Shown: one piece after another, positions 48,264 through 58,875 of the stretch
How positions within the stretch are numbered: position 1 is the stretch's first letter
How the letters are laid out: the number at the start of each line of letters is the position of its first letter
DNA from: Candidatus Krumholzibacteriota bacterium
Lineage (GTDB): Bacteria > Krumholzibacteriota > Krumholzibacteriia > LZORAL124-64-63
Reading direction: 5' to 3'
Assembly: GCA_039714075.1 (NCBI GenBank)
Contig: JBDLKA010000007.1
Coordinates: 828 to 64,827, forward strand
Length of the DNA: 64,000 nt
The notes under the pieces: model-generated
Told to the model about the DNA's origin: nothing
The model's database searches: none
Seen by the model: the letters and a program-made list of their open reading frames with translations, nothing else
Position numbers and translations under genes: made by a program

Positions 48264-49574
48264 CTAGGAATTTCCAGGGTCCTGGAAACCCGCCTCGGCC
48301 TCGGCACGGCGGGCCGCCGCCTCGCCCGCGGCCACGTCGACCCGGGTCAGCAGCCACCCCCCCACGGCGAAAAACACCACCAGGGAAAGGATGCCCAGAC
48401 GGCTGGTCCCGGTGCCCTGGCTGACCAGGCCGAAAACCAGGGGGCCGGCGACACCGGCCAACTTGCCGCTGCTGGAGTAGAAGCCGAAGAACTCACCGGT
48501 GCGGTGGCGGGGAACCATGGCGGCGAAAAGGGAGCGGCTCAGGGCCTGGGCGCCCCCCTGGACCGTGCCCACCAGCCCGGCCAGGACATAGAACTGGGTG
48601 GCCGTGTTGAGAAAGAACCCGAAGACACTGATGACCAGGTAGACCGCCAAAGCCAGCAGGACCGCCGGCTTGGGACCCGTCCGGCGGGCCAGGCGGCCGA
48701 AAAGGACCGCGAACGGAATGCCGACCGCCTGGGTCAGGACCAGCGCCCCGATCAGGTCCGTCATGCCGATGCCGATCTCCGCACCATACGCCGTGGCCAT
48801 CTTGACGATGGTGCCGATGCCATCGTTGTAGATCCAGTAGGCGACCAGGAAGACCACCAGTTGGCGGTACCGGGTTATCTCCCGCATGGTGGTCATGAGG
48901 CGGCGGAACCCCAGGGTCAGGACCGATCCCGGTGCCGCTCCCGGACCGTTGGAGGTTATCGGTGGTTCGGGTACGAACTTGAAAAGCGGCAGGGAAAACA
49001 ATCCCCACCACACCGCCACGCTCACGAACGAGGCCCGGACCGCGAATCCCCGGTCGGGCATGGCGAACCAATCCGGGTGCATGACCCACAGCAGATTGAT
49101 GACCAGCAGCAGACCGCCGCCGGCGTAACCCAATCCGTAGGCCTGGGCCGACAGGCGGTCCATGTCCCGACCGCTCGCCAATCCCGGCAGCAGCGATTCG
49201 TAGAAAATGATCGATCCGGCAAAACCGAAATTCGCGGCGACGTAAAGGACGGCTGCGGTGCGCCAGCCCTCGGTCCCCAGGGTGGCGAACAGGCCCGTCG
49301 CCAACACTCCCAGACCCGCCAGAAAGGCCATGAATCTTTTGCGGCCGCCGACCACGTCGGCCACCGCTCCCAGCAACGGGGCGGTGATCGCGATCAGCAG
49401 AAGAGCCCCCGCGGTCACGTAACCCCACAGGGCCGTGGCCTCGGCCGACCCCCGGCCCGCGGCGATGGCCAGCTCGCGGAAGAAGGGGGGGAAAAGCGCC
49501 GCCATCACCGTGGTGGCGAAAGCGGAATTGGCCCAATCGTAGAAACACCAGGCGCGGGTGGCGCGGCGATCCAT
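48264..49574 (-). CDS. MFS transporter, UMF1/Atg22-like family
   Basis: 'WCFYDWANSAFATTV' N-terminal signature. 12 TM. Confidence 0.75.
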   Translation of the reverse strand: MDRRATRAWCFYDWANSAFATTVMAALFPPFFRELAIAAGRGSAEATALWGYVTAGALLLIAITAPLLGAVADVVGGRKRFMAFLAGLGVLATGLFATLGTEGWRTAAVLYVAANFGFAGSIIFYESLLPGLASGRDMDRLSAQAYGLGYAGGGLLLVINLLWVMHPDWFAMPDRGFAVRASFVSVAVWWGLFSLPLFKFVPEPPITSNGPGAAPGSVLTLGFRRLMTTMREITRYRQLVVFLVAYWIYNDGIGTIVKMATAYGAEIGIGMTDLIGALVLTQAVGIPFAVLFGRLARRTGPKPAVLLALAVYLVISVFGFFLNTATQFYVLAGLVGTVQGGAQALSRSLFAAMVPRHRTGEFFGFYSSSGKLAGVAGPLVFGLVSQGTGTSRLGILSLVVFFAVGGWLLTRVDVAAGEAAARRAEAEAGFQDPGNS

Positions 49575-49575
49575 A

Positions 49576-50361
49576 TCAGGAGCGGCGCGGCTTGACCGCG
49601 CGGGTGGCCATCATGGTGGGCATGAATTCGCTGATGGGATCGGCGATGTCGGGACCGAAATCATCCTCGTAGAAATCCGCCAGCACGAAACCGGCCCTCA
49701 GTTGCCCGCCGATCTGGTCGGCGAGAGTGTGGCTGAATTCCAGGGGCAGACCCCTTTCCCGGTGGCGCTTGAGGGTCGCGTGGTCAAGGCTGGCCAGATC
49801 CGAGTAGGGCAGCTTGTGCCGGAATTCCAGTTCCCCCTTTTCGGCCAGTTCAAAGTCGAAGCAGTAATAGGCCGGGTTCATCATTCCGGACAGGAGAGCA
49901 CCGCCGGGGCGCAACACCCGGAAAGCCTCCCGCCACACCGGCGCCAGCTCCGGTACGAAACAGTTGGCGACCGGATGAACGATGAGATCGAAACTGTCCG
50001 TGGAAAATTCGCCGAGATCGGCCATGTCACCTTCGATGGTGCGTATGTCCAGCCCCTCCCGTTCGGCCACCAGGCGATCCTGGGCAAGTTGGGCCGGTGA
50101 GTTGTCGAACACGGTGACGCGCGCGCCCGCCGCGGCCAGGATCGGGCCCTGCTGGCCGCCGCCGGAGGCGAGGCAGAGCAGGTCGCAATCCGTCAGGTCG
50201 CCGAACCAGTCACGCGGCACGGGCACCGTCGGTGTCAGGATGATCCGCCACTCGCCCCGCCGGGCGGCCGCGATGACGGCCGGTTCGACCGGCACCGTCC
50301 AGAGACTCTTTTCGGACACCTTGCGGTCCCAGGCCCGACTGTTGTAGGCACGAATATCCAC
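49576..50361 (-). CDS. Class I SAM-dependent methyltransferase
   Basis: '[28 protein letters not shown]' motif I. 'LRPGGALL' motif. Confidence 0.7.
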   Translation of the reverse strand: MDIRAYNSRAWDRKVSEKSLWTVPVEPAVIAAARRGEWRIILTPTVPVPRDWFGDLTDCDLLCLASGGGQQGPILAAAGARVTVFDNSPAQLAQDRLVAEREGLDIRTIEGDMADLGEFSTDSFDLIVHPVANCFVPELAPVWREAFRVLRPGGALLSGMMNPAYYCFDFELAEKGELEFRHKLPYSDLASLDHATLKRHRERGLPLEFSHTLADQIGGQLRAGFVLADFYEDDFGPDIADPISEFMPTMMATRAVKPRRS

Positions 50362-50369
50362 GGAATCCC

Positions 50370-50933
50370 CTACCAGTAGTAATAGATACCGGCCTGGGGA
50401 ATGACCTTGATATCCCCACTGCTTCCCAAGTGGGCGAAATCGCCTTCAATCTTCAGCGACCAGCGTTTCCCCATCAGGTATTCCAGACCGACGCCCGCCC
50501 CCAGGTTCCAGTTCTTTTCCTTGGTCCAGACACCCGCCGGTTCCTCTTCGTGATCAAAGAAGTAGGCCGTGCCCGCGGCGATGAAGATGCGGGTGCGCTG
50601 GTCCTGGCGCAGGATGTAGTTCGCCTGGAAACCGATGTTGTGCTGCTTGTGGCCCGCCGTATGCCAGATGCCCCCGGAAACCTGGAAATACAGCCACCAT
50701 TCCAGCGGCAGGCGGAAGGACAGGCCGTGGCCGCCCAGCTTGCCGTAGTGCAGGCCGATGCCGCCCTCGAGGGTGTCGACGGAATCATTCCAGTCGCGGT
50801 AACCCTGGGCCTGGGCGGGGTTCGGGGCCGACAAAAGAAACACGGCCGCCAGGACGGTCGTCACCACGATAGCCGACCTTATCCCCGGCCTGATTGCCCT
50901 TCCCCATGCTCCATCATTTTTCACGGTCAGCAT
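50370..50933 (-). CDS. Outer-membrane beta-barrel protein (OmpW/OmpA-barrel-like)
   Basis: Signal peptide ending 'PNPAQAQG'. Alternating beta-strand pattern. C-terminal aromatic 'GIYYYW*'. Start uncertain (50933 or 50981). Confidence 0.6.
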   Translation of the reverse strand: MLTVKNDGAWGRAIRPGIRSAIVVTTVLAAVFLLSAPNPAQAQGYRDWNDSVDTLEGGIGLHYGKLGGHGLSFRLPLEWWLYFQVSGGIWHTAGHKQHNIGFQANYILRQDQRTRIFIAAGTAYFFDHEEEPAGVWTKEKNWNLGAGVGLEYLMGKRWSLKIEGDFAHLGSSGDIKVIPQAGIYYYW

Positions 50934-51063
50934 CCTGCCACTCCCTGCTGGGTTAATTCGGTCCAGATTGCTCCCGCCCATGATGCATGAAGGGGAGTTC
51001 TTTTTCCATCAGGAATCCCGGAGATGATTCCCGGGTAAGGATCGGACCTTCATCCCGCCCCGA

Positions 51064-51984
51064 TCAGATGAATTTGCCCAGACCCCTTTTCCGGTAATGG
51101 CAGCAATAGTCGCTCGACTCGCCCCCCCACCGCTCCTTGTAGTATTTCAGCCCCGGAGCATTTTCGGGAGAGCCCCCGAGATTCAGGCGGGTGATCCCGT
51201 TGCGGGCCGCTTCACGGCACATGGTGAAGCGGATGTACTGGTTGGGCTTGAGGAAGGAAAACGCCTTGTCGAAGTAGATCTGCCAACCCTGCAGCACCCC
51301 CTTCTCGATGAGATAGATGTGCGAACAGGCAGGGCGGTTTTCATGTTCGCACCAGAGCCAGTGGATCCTGTCGTCCTGAGCGGCCACCCGGGCCAGGGCG
51401 GCAAAAAAGTCGGGGGTAAAGCGGGGTTTCTGGCCGTGGCGTTTCTCCGAAAGAAACACCAGTTCCAGAAAGGCCGCGTGGTGGTCGTCCCAGGAAAAGC
51501 GGCGGACCTCGATCCCCTCCCGCTTCGCCTTCCGGATCTGGGAAAGAAGTTTCTCGTCGGGAGGGACCCAGCCGGGTGCGGAAATATCCACAAGGGTCGT
51601 TCGATAGGTCTCCCTGGCAAGTCCGTCGGAGCGGGAAATGGTTCCGTAGAAATCGAAGATGAAGGTTTTCAGGTAGCGACGGTTATCGATGGCACCGAGC
51701 AGCAAGGCTTCGCAGTGATCACGCTCCTGTTCCCGGGCATGGAAAATTCCCCCGTAACCTCCGTCGGGCATTGATTGGAAGCGGGCCCAGGGGCCACGGC
51801 CGAATTCCACTCCCGGCAAAAGGGACACCAGCTTTCCCTGATCTTCCACTGCCCACGCGACAGCCCGCCCACCCATGGTTTCCCACAGGCGCGCGTAAAC
51901 CCGGGAAGCGAAAAAACCGTCTCCCGTCAACTCGGTCCACTGTTCGGCCGGAATCTCATCTATAAGATATCGATAGGCTTTCAT
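51064..51984 (-). CDS. FemAB-like / BioF2-like GNAT-fold acyl(peptidyl)transferase
   Basis: Start at Met 'MKAYRYLIDE' (51984). The C-terminal half resembles Acetyltransf_6/FemAB-type domains. The upstream ORF-track extension (to 52356) is non-coding and overlaps the rSAM gene. Confidence 0.55.
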   Translation of the reverse strand: MKAYRYLIDEIPAEQWTELTGDGFFASRVYARLWETMGGRAVAWAVEDQGKLVSLLPGVEFGRGPWARFQSMPDGGYGGIFHAREQERDHCEALLLGAIDNRRYLKTFIFDFYGTISRSDGLARETYRTTLVDISAPGWVPPDEKLLSQIRKAKREGIEVRRFSWDDHHAAFLELVFLSEKRHGQKPRFTPDFFAALARVAAQDDRIHWLWCEHENRPACSHIYLIEKGVLQGWQIYFDKAFSFLKPNQYIRFTMCREAARNGITRLNLGGSPENAPGLKYYKERWGGESSDYCCHYRKRGLGKFI

Positions 51985-52016
51985 GATCCCTTTTCCGATG
52001 GAGATGGGAAATATGG

Positions 52017-53507
52017 TTACAGAGGGTCCGTTCCCCCCAGAAGTCGATATACCCTGGGAGAGCGGTGGACAAGATATCCGCCGGCACGGGTCCGCAGCTT
52101 CTTGTAGAGTTCCAGGGCCTGCACCAGCAGTCCCCGCGGGAACAGGGGGCTGGTCACCACCGAGGCGACCAGGTCGTCCCACCGCCGCCCAAGGGGCCCG
52201 GGAAGGGTCCGCCCCCAACCGAACAGGCGGGTCAGGGGCCCGAAGAATCGCTGCACGAAAAGGATGTCGTTTTTCGGAAAGGTCGGCAGGTTGGTCGGCA
52301 CCCCGATCATGTAATTGTCGAATTCCTTGTCGGTCAGGTAACCCCGTTCGGCGCAAATTTCAAAAAGTTGCGTGCCGGGATAAGGGTAGAAGATGAAAGG
52401 GAGGGCCAGATCGGGATGCAGGTCCGCGTTGAGGCGCACGGTTTTCATGGCCTTGCCGAGGGTTTCCTCCGGCAGTCCGACCATGTTGTACGACCAGCGG
52501 GCAATGCCGTGCTCCGCCAACAGGGAAAAGGCCCGGCGGATGTTGTCGATGGTAAGACCGCGTTTGAGAATCTCGCTGGTGAGATGCTCGTCGCCCGATT
52601 CCACCCCGAGCCGGACAACTTCGCAACCCATGTCCGCCATGATGGCCGCGGTTTCGGGCGTGACGAAATCCGCGCGCATGTTGCACGAAAACGGCAGCCC
52701 GACAAGTTCCTTGTAGAGGGGAGCAAACTCACGCAACCACCGGGGATTGGGGAAAAAAACGGTGTCCACGAATTTGACCTGGGTCGCGTGCGGATGATGC
52801 CGTTTCAATAGCGCGTGCAACTGGTTGGCCGCGTGTTGCGGGGACATGAAGCGCCAGAACTTGTCGTCGTCGCAGGACAGGTTCCGCAACTTGTGGATGC
52901 AGCAATAGGTACACTGGAACAGGCAGCCCCGGGACATCATGAAGGTGAACATTCCGCGTCGCACGTTGTAGAGATTCGCAAAATCGAACAGGGCGTAGTC
53001 GGGCTCCGGAAGTTCGTCCAGGTCCGGAAAAAGCGGCCGCTGGGGATTTTCGATGATGCCGGTTTCAGAGCCCACCCAGAGGTTTTCGATCCGGGTGGGA
53101 TCCCGCCCCTCCTCCAGCGCCCCGCACAGTTCCACCAGGGCATGTTCGCCTTCGCCGCGGCAGGTGAAATCGACCTCGGGGATGGCCGCGACCTGTTCCG
53201 GAACCAGGGTGGGATGGATACCACCGGCGGCAATCGGCGCCCCGCAGGCGGCCTTCGACCAACGGCACCAGGTGGGCAGGCGACGGGCGTAGTGGCTGTT
53301 GACCGAAAAGGCCACCAGATCGGGCGAGGCCGCCCGGACCCGGGCGATGAACTCGTCCCGTTCGGGAATCGTGATCATGTGGTAGAGATCCACGGTGTGC
53401 CCCTGCTGTTTGAGCAGTGAGGACAGCACCGCGAGACCCGGCGAAAGGGCGCCGGTATGGTTGGTTATCTCCGGAGCCAGGTCCGGGAATATGAAGAGCA
53501 CCCTCAT
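52017..53507 (-). CDS. B12-binding-domain radical SAM protein (class B rSAM)
   Basis: N-terminal B12-binding fold 'MRVLFIFPDL...'. Radical SAM cluster 'SRGCLFQCTYCC' (CxxxCxxC). Confidence 0.85.
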   Translation of the reverse strand: MRVLFIFPDLAPEITNHTGALSPGLAVLSSLLKQQGHTVDLYHMITIPERDEFIARVRAASPDLVAFSVNSHYARRLPTWCRWSKAACGAPIAAGGIHPTLVPEQVAAIPEVDFTCRGEGEHALVELCGALEEGRDPTRIENLWVGSETGIIENPQRPLFPDLDELPEPDYALFDFANLYNVRRGMFTFMMSRGCLFQCTYCCIHKLRNLSCDDDKFWRFMSPQHAANQLHALLKRHHPHATQVKFVDTVFFPNPRWLREFAPLYKELVGLPFSCNMRADFVTPETAAIMADMGCEVVRLGVESGDEHLTSEILKRGLTIDNIRRAFSLLAEHGIARWSYNMVGLPEETLGKAMKTVRLNADLHPDLALPFIFYPYPGTQLFEICAERGYLTDKEFDNYMIGVPTNLPTFPKNDILFVQRFFGPLTRLFGWGRTLPGPLGRRWDDLVASVVTSPLFPRGLLVQALELYKKLRTRAGGYLVHRSPRVYRLLGGTDPL

Positions 53508-53604
53508 TTTTCCTACCCTTGGAAACCGGGAAATGTAAGAGGGAAATGGTTGCTAATTAACTAATTATACCATGTATAGCCTTGAAAAACCACCCCCGCG
53601 GCCC

Positions 53605-55020
53605 TTAGTCGCGGCGCAACCGAACCAGACAGGGCACACCCAGAACCAGGTAGACAAGAGCCCCGATTCCGACCAGCGTCCCCGAATGCCAGGCCGGCAA
53701 TAGCGTCACGACAACGCCGGTCACACCCGCGGCCAGGACGGACAACAGCACCGTGACCACCAGCCGAACGGTGAACAGCTTCCTGCAGATCAACATTGTC
53801 CAGCCGAAAAGCAGGGAGTGGGCGGCGAGCATGGCCCAGCAGGCCCCCATCATGTCCAGCCTCGGGATGAGCAGCAGGTTGCCGATCACCGCGACCAGGG
53901 CGCTGCCCAACAGGGGCCGGAAGATGGCATGCTGCCGGTCACTGGCCACCAGCGTCAAACTCAGGAACCTGCCCAGTGACAGGGCCACGTAGGAAAGGCT
54001 CAGAATCCGGAAAACCCCACCGGCGGTGGCGAAATCCGGGCCGTAGAGATCGACCATCACCCTGTCTCCGAGAACCAGACCGCCGGCTCCCAGGGGCAGG
54101 ATCCCAAAAGCGAATACCCCGAAGTAGGTGTTGAATTTCTGACGGAACAGGTGGTGCGACTCGGCCCACAACCGGGAAAACCGGGGCAGTATGGCCCGCC
54201 ACAGGACTTCCCCCCCGATGATGATGACCCCCAGGATCTTGGCCGCCGCACAGTAGATCCCCACCGACGAGGGGTCAATGAGAAGGCCCAACAGGATCAC
54301 ATCGATACCAATCAGGACCCGGGCGGTGAGGCTGCTGGCCCCGATGGGAGTCGCCTGGGCCAGGCGGCTGCGCCATTCTCCCCAGCCAGGGAAAGCCGGC
54401 AGGACGGTTCCGCCCAGCCACCGCCCCGCGCGCCAGGCCATGATCCGGTTGCTGACGAGGTAGGCGACAAGGAAAAGCACCGGCACCCAGCGGTAGGCCG
54501 GCCAGCCGAGCCAGCCGTCGATCGGGCCCAGCAGAAGAAGCAGCAACCCGGCCTGAAAAAGGCTTCGTACGGCCTTGATCGTACCCGCCCAGCCCATCTG
54601 TTCCAGCCCCAGGGCGATCCAGTCCAGCATGAAGACCTGGGGAAAAACCATGAGCAGGAACAGGGGAAGAATCCAGTAGTCTTCGCGATGGGCCGGGAAC
54701 AGGGGCAGCAGCAACAGACCGATCACAAAAACCGGCACGGCCATCCCCAGCAGCAAACCGAGGTGGCTTCTGGCATAACCGAGGATTTCCGCCCCCGTTT
54801 TTAGCCGGGAAACCTGGCGTATGCCCAGGGTGAACAGGCCCCACTCGGCTGTAATCACGGCATACAGGGAAAGGGTGGCGCCGATCTGCAGGACACCGAA
54901 CCAATGGGAACCCACCATCCTGGCCAGGTAGACCAGGGCCACCAGGTTCAACAGGTGGGCGGTTCCCTGGGCGACGGTCAGGAGGCCGAGGTTGTGAAGA
55001 ATGGCTTTGTTGCTGTGCAA
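53605..55020 (-). CDS. Oligosaccharide flippase (Wzx-like, MOP superfamily) / polysaccharide biosynthesis protein
   Basis: ~14 TM. Polysacc_synt-like N-terminus 'LLTVAQGTAHLLNLVALVYLARMVG'. Confidence 0.7.
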   Translation of the reverse strand: MHSNKAILHNLGLLTVAQGTAHLLNLVALVYLARMVGSHWFGVLQIGATLSLYAVITAEWGLFTLGIRQVSRLKTGAEILGYARSHLGLLLGMAVPVFVIGLLLLPLFPAHREDYWILPLFLLMVFPQVFMLDWIALGLEQMGWAGTIKAVRSLFQAGLLLLLLGPIDGWLGWPAYRWVPVLFLVAYLVSNRIMAWRAGRWLGGTVLPAFPGWGEWRSRLAQATPIGASSLTARVLIGIDVILLGLLIDPSSVGIYCAAAKILGVIIIGGEVLWRAILPRFSRLWAESHHLFRQKFNTYFGVFAFGILPLGAGGLVLGDRVMVDLYGPDFATAGGVFRILSLSYVALSLGRFLSLTLVASDRQHAIFRPLLGSALVAVIGNLLLIPRLDMMGACWAMLAAHSLLFGWTMLICRKLFTVRLVVTVLLSVLAAGVTGVVVTLLPAWHSGTLVGIGALVYLVLGVPCLVRLRRD

Positions 55021-55295
55021 GTCGTTCTTGATGGAGAGTCCCCTTTCGCAGTCTCCGACTTGATCTTATCACCCTCCCGGAATTCGTGCCACACCGTCTG
55101 CCGGCCAGGCCGCCCCCATGCCCGCTACCTGTTTTTCCCCTGATTTTTTCAATCGGCCGTAAACGAAACCCAACCGGGGATTGTCTGTAATTGAAAAACC
55201 CGGGAACAAAATCCCCGTTTGGCGCTCCCAATAAAGACCGGCCCGGCCGGACCCCGGATTTGGCGACCGCAAAACCATTCCGAAAGGAATAAGCC

Positions 55296-57644
55296 ATGTT
55301 GCCCCGCAATTCCCTCCTGTCATTATTGTTTGTTGTTCTTCTGAGTGTATTGATATCTCCGGCCCAGGATGCCCGCGCGGACGGTTTGATCGTCATCCAC
55401 GATCCCCACCCGACGCCCTGGCCGCACCCCCATCCACGCCCCCACTACGTTTTCGCACCGCTGGAAGTGAAGTATCACCATGTCGACGTGAAGATCGAGG
55501 ACCAGGTGGCGGTCACCGAAGTGGACCAGGTTTTCGCCAACCCCAACAACCGGCAGCTCGAGGGAACGTATCTATTCCCCATCCCGCGCGGCGCCCAGAT
55601 CGACGAGTTCTCGATGGATATCGACGGCCGCCAGGTCAGCGCCGAGTTGTTGAGCGCCGACAAGGCCCGCCGGATCTACGAGGATATCGTGCGTTCGATG
55701 AAGGACCCCGCGTTGCTGGAATACGCCGGCGGCGGTCTGTTCAAGGTCCGGATATTCCCCATCGAACCGTTGGGGGAGAAACGCGTCAAACTCAAATATA
55801 CCGAACTGTTGACCCGGGACAGCGGCATGGTGGAGTACCTTTATCCGCTGAACACGGAAAAGTTTTCCGCGCAACCGCTGAACAGCGTCTCGGTTAAGGT
55901 CGACCTGGTCTCCAATTCCGGGCTGAAATCCCTCTTCTCCCCCAGTCACGAGGTCAGGATCGACCATCGCGGGAGCAAAAGCGCAACCGTCACCTACGCG
56001 GACAAAAACGTGCGTCCGGACCGTGATTTCCAGCTGCTGTTCTCCCTGGAGGACGGCAGTGACGTCGGCCTGAACCTGCTCACGTTCAACCCCGGCGACG
56101 ACCCGGAAGGGGGCTTTTTCCTGCTCCTCGCTTCGCCCGCGGTTTCCCCTGACAACGGAAAACCCCTGCCCAAGGATGTGGTCTTTGTCCTGGACACCTC
56201 CGGTTCGATGGCCGAAGGCGGGAAAATCGACCAGGCCCGGCGCGCCCTGGATTTCTGTCTGCACAATCTGAACGACGGGGACCGCTTCGAGGTGGTTCGC
56301 TTTTCCACGGAATCCGAGCCCCTGTTTGGAAGTCTGACCGACGTGACCGCTGCCAGCCGGCGCCGGGCGCGGGATTTTGTCGCCGATCTGCAGGCCACCG
56401 GCGGCACCGCCATTTCCGCGGCCCTTACCACGGCGCTCGAACCCGCACGGAAACAAGCCGACTCGGGAAGGCCCTACGTTGTGATCTTCCTGACCGACGG
56501 CAAACCCACCGTGGGCGTCACCGATCCGGACCGGATCCTGGCGGACGTCATGCGGGCCCGGGGCGAAACACCGGTCCGCATTTTCTGTTTCGGTGTCGGC
56601 ACCAACATCAACACCCGCCTGCTGGACCGGATCACCGAGCAGACCCGCGCCGTCAGCCGGTACGTCCTGCCGGACGAGGACATCGAAATCAAGGTCTCCG
56701 ATTTCTACGCCAAGATCAGCGATCCGGTCCTGACCAATCCGAGCCTGCGCTTCGGTGGCGGGATCCGGGCCACCAAAATGACGCCGCCGGACCTGCCGGA
56801 CGTTTTCAAGGGCAGCCAGCTGGTGGTCTGCGGACGGTACACCGGCGCCGGGGACGTGGCGGTGGAATTGTCGGGAATGGTGGGCGATCGCGAACGCACG
56901 TTCACCTATGAAGGCACTTTTGCTCCGCCGGTGCGCGACTGGAGCCGGCACCACCACGGAGGTCCCGGTGACCGGTACGGATTCATTCCCCGCCTGTGGG
57001 CGACGCGTCGCATCGGGTACCTCCTGGACCAGATCCGGCTTCATGGGGACGAAGCCGAACTCCGCGACGAGGTGGTCCGCCTGGCGCGCCGCTACGGCAT
57101 CGTCACACCCTATACCGCCTACCTGATCGTCGAGGATGAAGAACGGCGCCAGGTGCGGGTGGGCGCCCGCACCCTGCAGCAATTCGACCGCGACAAGGAA
57201 CTGCAGGCCGCCAACGAACGCATGTACGAGACCACCAACCGTGCCGATGAAGGCGGGCACGCCGTCGGTGGGGCCATGGCCAACCAGTCCCTCAAGGGGG
57301 CCAGGTCCCTGTCCGCCCCATCGGCAGCCAACCAGGCCGCCAAACGGGGACAGAGCTGGGGCAAGCTTACCGCCGGCGAGGAAAAGGTCCACCAGGCGAT
57401 CGCCTCCCAGCAGACCCGCCACCTCGCCGGCCGCACGTTCTTCAACAACGATGGCCAGTGGATCGACGCCATCGTGCAGGAAAAGCCGGAGGCGGAAATC
57501 GTCAACGTCACGTTTGGCGGCAGCGACTACTTCGCCCTGGTGGCCACCCATCCGGCGGCGAATCAATGGCTGTCCCTGGGCGACAACCTGCAGATCCACC
57601 TGGACGGCAAGAACTATATCATTATGCCCGGCGACGACCGGTAG
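55296..57644 (+). CDS. Secreted VIT-domain + von Willebrand factor A (vWA) protein
   Basis: Signal peptide. VIT region 'VKYHHVDVKIEDQVAVTEVDQVFAN...GTYLFPIP'. vWA MIDAS 'DVVFVLDTSGSM...'. Confidence 0.8.
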   Translation: MLPRNSLLSLLFVVLLSVLISPAQDARADGLIVIHDPHPTPWPHPHPRPHYVFAPLEVKYHHVDVKIEDQVAVTEVDQVFANPNNRQLEGTYLFPIPRGAQIDEFSMDIDGRQVSAELLSADKARRIYEDIVRSMKDPALLEYAGGGLFKVRIFPIEPLGEKRVKLKYTELLTRDSGMVEYLYPLNTEKFSAQPLNSVSVKVDLVSNSGLKSLFSPSHEVRIDHRGSKSATVTYADKNVRPDRDFQLLFSLEDGSDVGLNLLTFNPGDDPEGGFFLLLASPAVSPDNGKPLPKDVVFVLDTSGSMAEGGKIDQARRALDFCLHNLNDGDRFEVVRFSTESEPLFGSLTDVTAASRRRARDFVADLQATGGTAISAALTTALEPARKQADSGRPYVVIFLTDGKPTVGVTDPDRILADVMRARGETPVRIFCFGVGTNINTRLLDRITEQTRAVSRYVLPDEDIEIKVSDFYAKISDPVLTNPSLRFGGGIRATKMTPPDLPDVFKGSQLVVCGRYTGAGDVAVELSGMVGDRERTFTYEGTFAPPVRDWSRHHHGGPGDRYGFIPRLWATRRIGYLLDQIRLHGDEAELRDEVVRLARRYGIVTPYTAYLIVEDEERRQVRVGARTLQQFDRDKELQAANERMYETTNRADEGGHAVGGAMANQSLKGARSLSAPSAANQAAKRGQSWGKLTAGEEKVHQAIASQQTRHLAGRTFFNNDGQWIDAIVQEKPEAEIVNVTFGGSDYFALVATHPAANQWLSLGDNLQIHLDGKNYIIMPGDDR

Positions 57645-57662
57645 GCCTGAAGGAGAGACGTC

Positions 57663-58874
57663 ATGAATGCCAGAAATAGAAAAACCGTACAGAGCTCACC
57701 GACCCGGGCCCGAACAAACATCCCGGGGCACCTGATCTTCACGGCTGTGCTTATGGCGGCGGCCCTGCTGACGGTGATCATCGCCATGCCCGCCGCGGCC
57801 CTGGGCGAAACCGAGGCCAAGGCCGAGACGAGGCCCCGAATCGAAGTCTGTTTCGTGCTGGACACCACGGGCTCGATGAGCGGCCTGATCGAAGGCGCCA
57901 AGGTCAAGATATGGTCCATCGCCAATCAGATGATCGCCGCCGAGCCCACGCCGGAGTTGAGCATCGGCCTGATCGGCTACCGTGACCGGGGCGACGAATA
58001 CATCACCCGGATCTTCGATCTGGACGGTGACATCGACGCCGTCTACGCCGACCTGCAGGGCTTTGCGGCCGGCGGCGGCGGGGACACCCCCGAGTCGGTG
58101 CAGCAGGCCTTGCACGAGGCCGTCACCCAAATCAGCTGGAGCCCGGACAGTGAGGTGTTGAAAATCATCTTTCTGGTCGGCGACTGCCCGCCCCACTTCG
58201 ACTATCCCCAGGACACCCCCTACCGAGACACGTGTCAGGAAGCGGTCAAAAACGACCTGATCATCAACACCGTGCAATGCGGAAACTTCTCGGAGACCAC
58301 GCCCATCTGGCAGGACATCGCCGACCTGGCCGAGGGTTCCTTCGTCGCCATCGGTCAAAGCGGCGACATGCAGGTTGTCGCGGCGCCCCAGGACAAGCGC
58401 TTGGCGGAGTTGAACGTCGCCCTGGGCTTGACCCTGGTGCCCTACGGCTCCATGGAGGCCAAGGATGAAGTCGCCGCCAAGCAGAGTATGTCCGAATTCG
58501 CACCCGCGTCCGCGGCGGTGGACCGGTTGGCCTACAACAGCAAAACGGGCAAGGTGGTCCAGGGCCGGGGCGATCTGGTGGACGATATCGAGGCCGGGCA
58601 CACGGAGCTGGACAAACTCGGGAAAGAGGAATTGCCGGCGGCCATGCAGGATATGACTACCCGGGAACAGGTGGCTTATCTTGCCGAGCAGAAGGTGAAA
58701 CGCCAGGAAATCCAGAACGAGATCGACAGCTTGCTGAAGGATCGCCAGGCCTTTATCGCCGAGGAAATGAAGGCGGTGGCGGTGGTCGGCGGCAGGTCCG
58801 GCTTCGATGCCGAGGTCAAGGAAATGATCCAGCGGCAGGCGGCCGAAAAGGGCATCGAATATGATGGCGAATGA
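57663..58874 (+). CDS. vWA-domain protein with C-terminal coiled-coil region
   Basis: TM/signal 'LIFTAVLMAAALLTVIIAMPAAALG'. MIDAS 'VCFVLDTTGSMSG...GGGDTPES'. Confidence 0.75.
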   Translation: MNARNRKTVQSSPTRARTNIPGHLIFTAVLMAAALLTVIIAMPAAALGETEAKAETRPRIEVCFVLDTTGSMSGLIEGAKVKIWSIANQMIAAEPTPELSIGLIGYRDRGDEYITRIFDLDGDIDAVYADLQGFAAGGGGDTPESVQQALHEAVTQISWSPDSEVLKIIFLVGDCPPHFDYPQDTPYRDTCQEAVKNDLIINTVQCGNFSETTPIWQDIADLAEGSFVAIGQSGDMQVVAAPQDKRLAELNVALGLTLVPYGSMEAKDEVAAKQSMSEFAPASAAVDRLAYNSKTGKVVQGRGDLVDDIEAGHTELDKLGKEELPAAMQDMTTREQVAYLAEQKVKRQEIQNEIDSLLKDRQAFIAEEMKAVAVVGGRSGFDAEVKEMIQRQAAEKGIEYDGE

Positions 58875-58875
58875 T

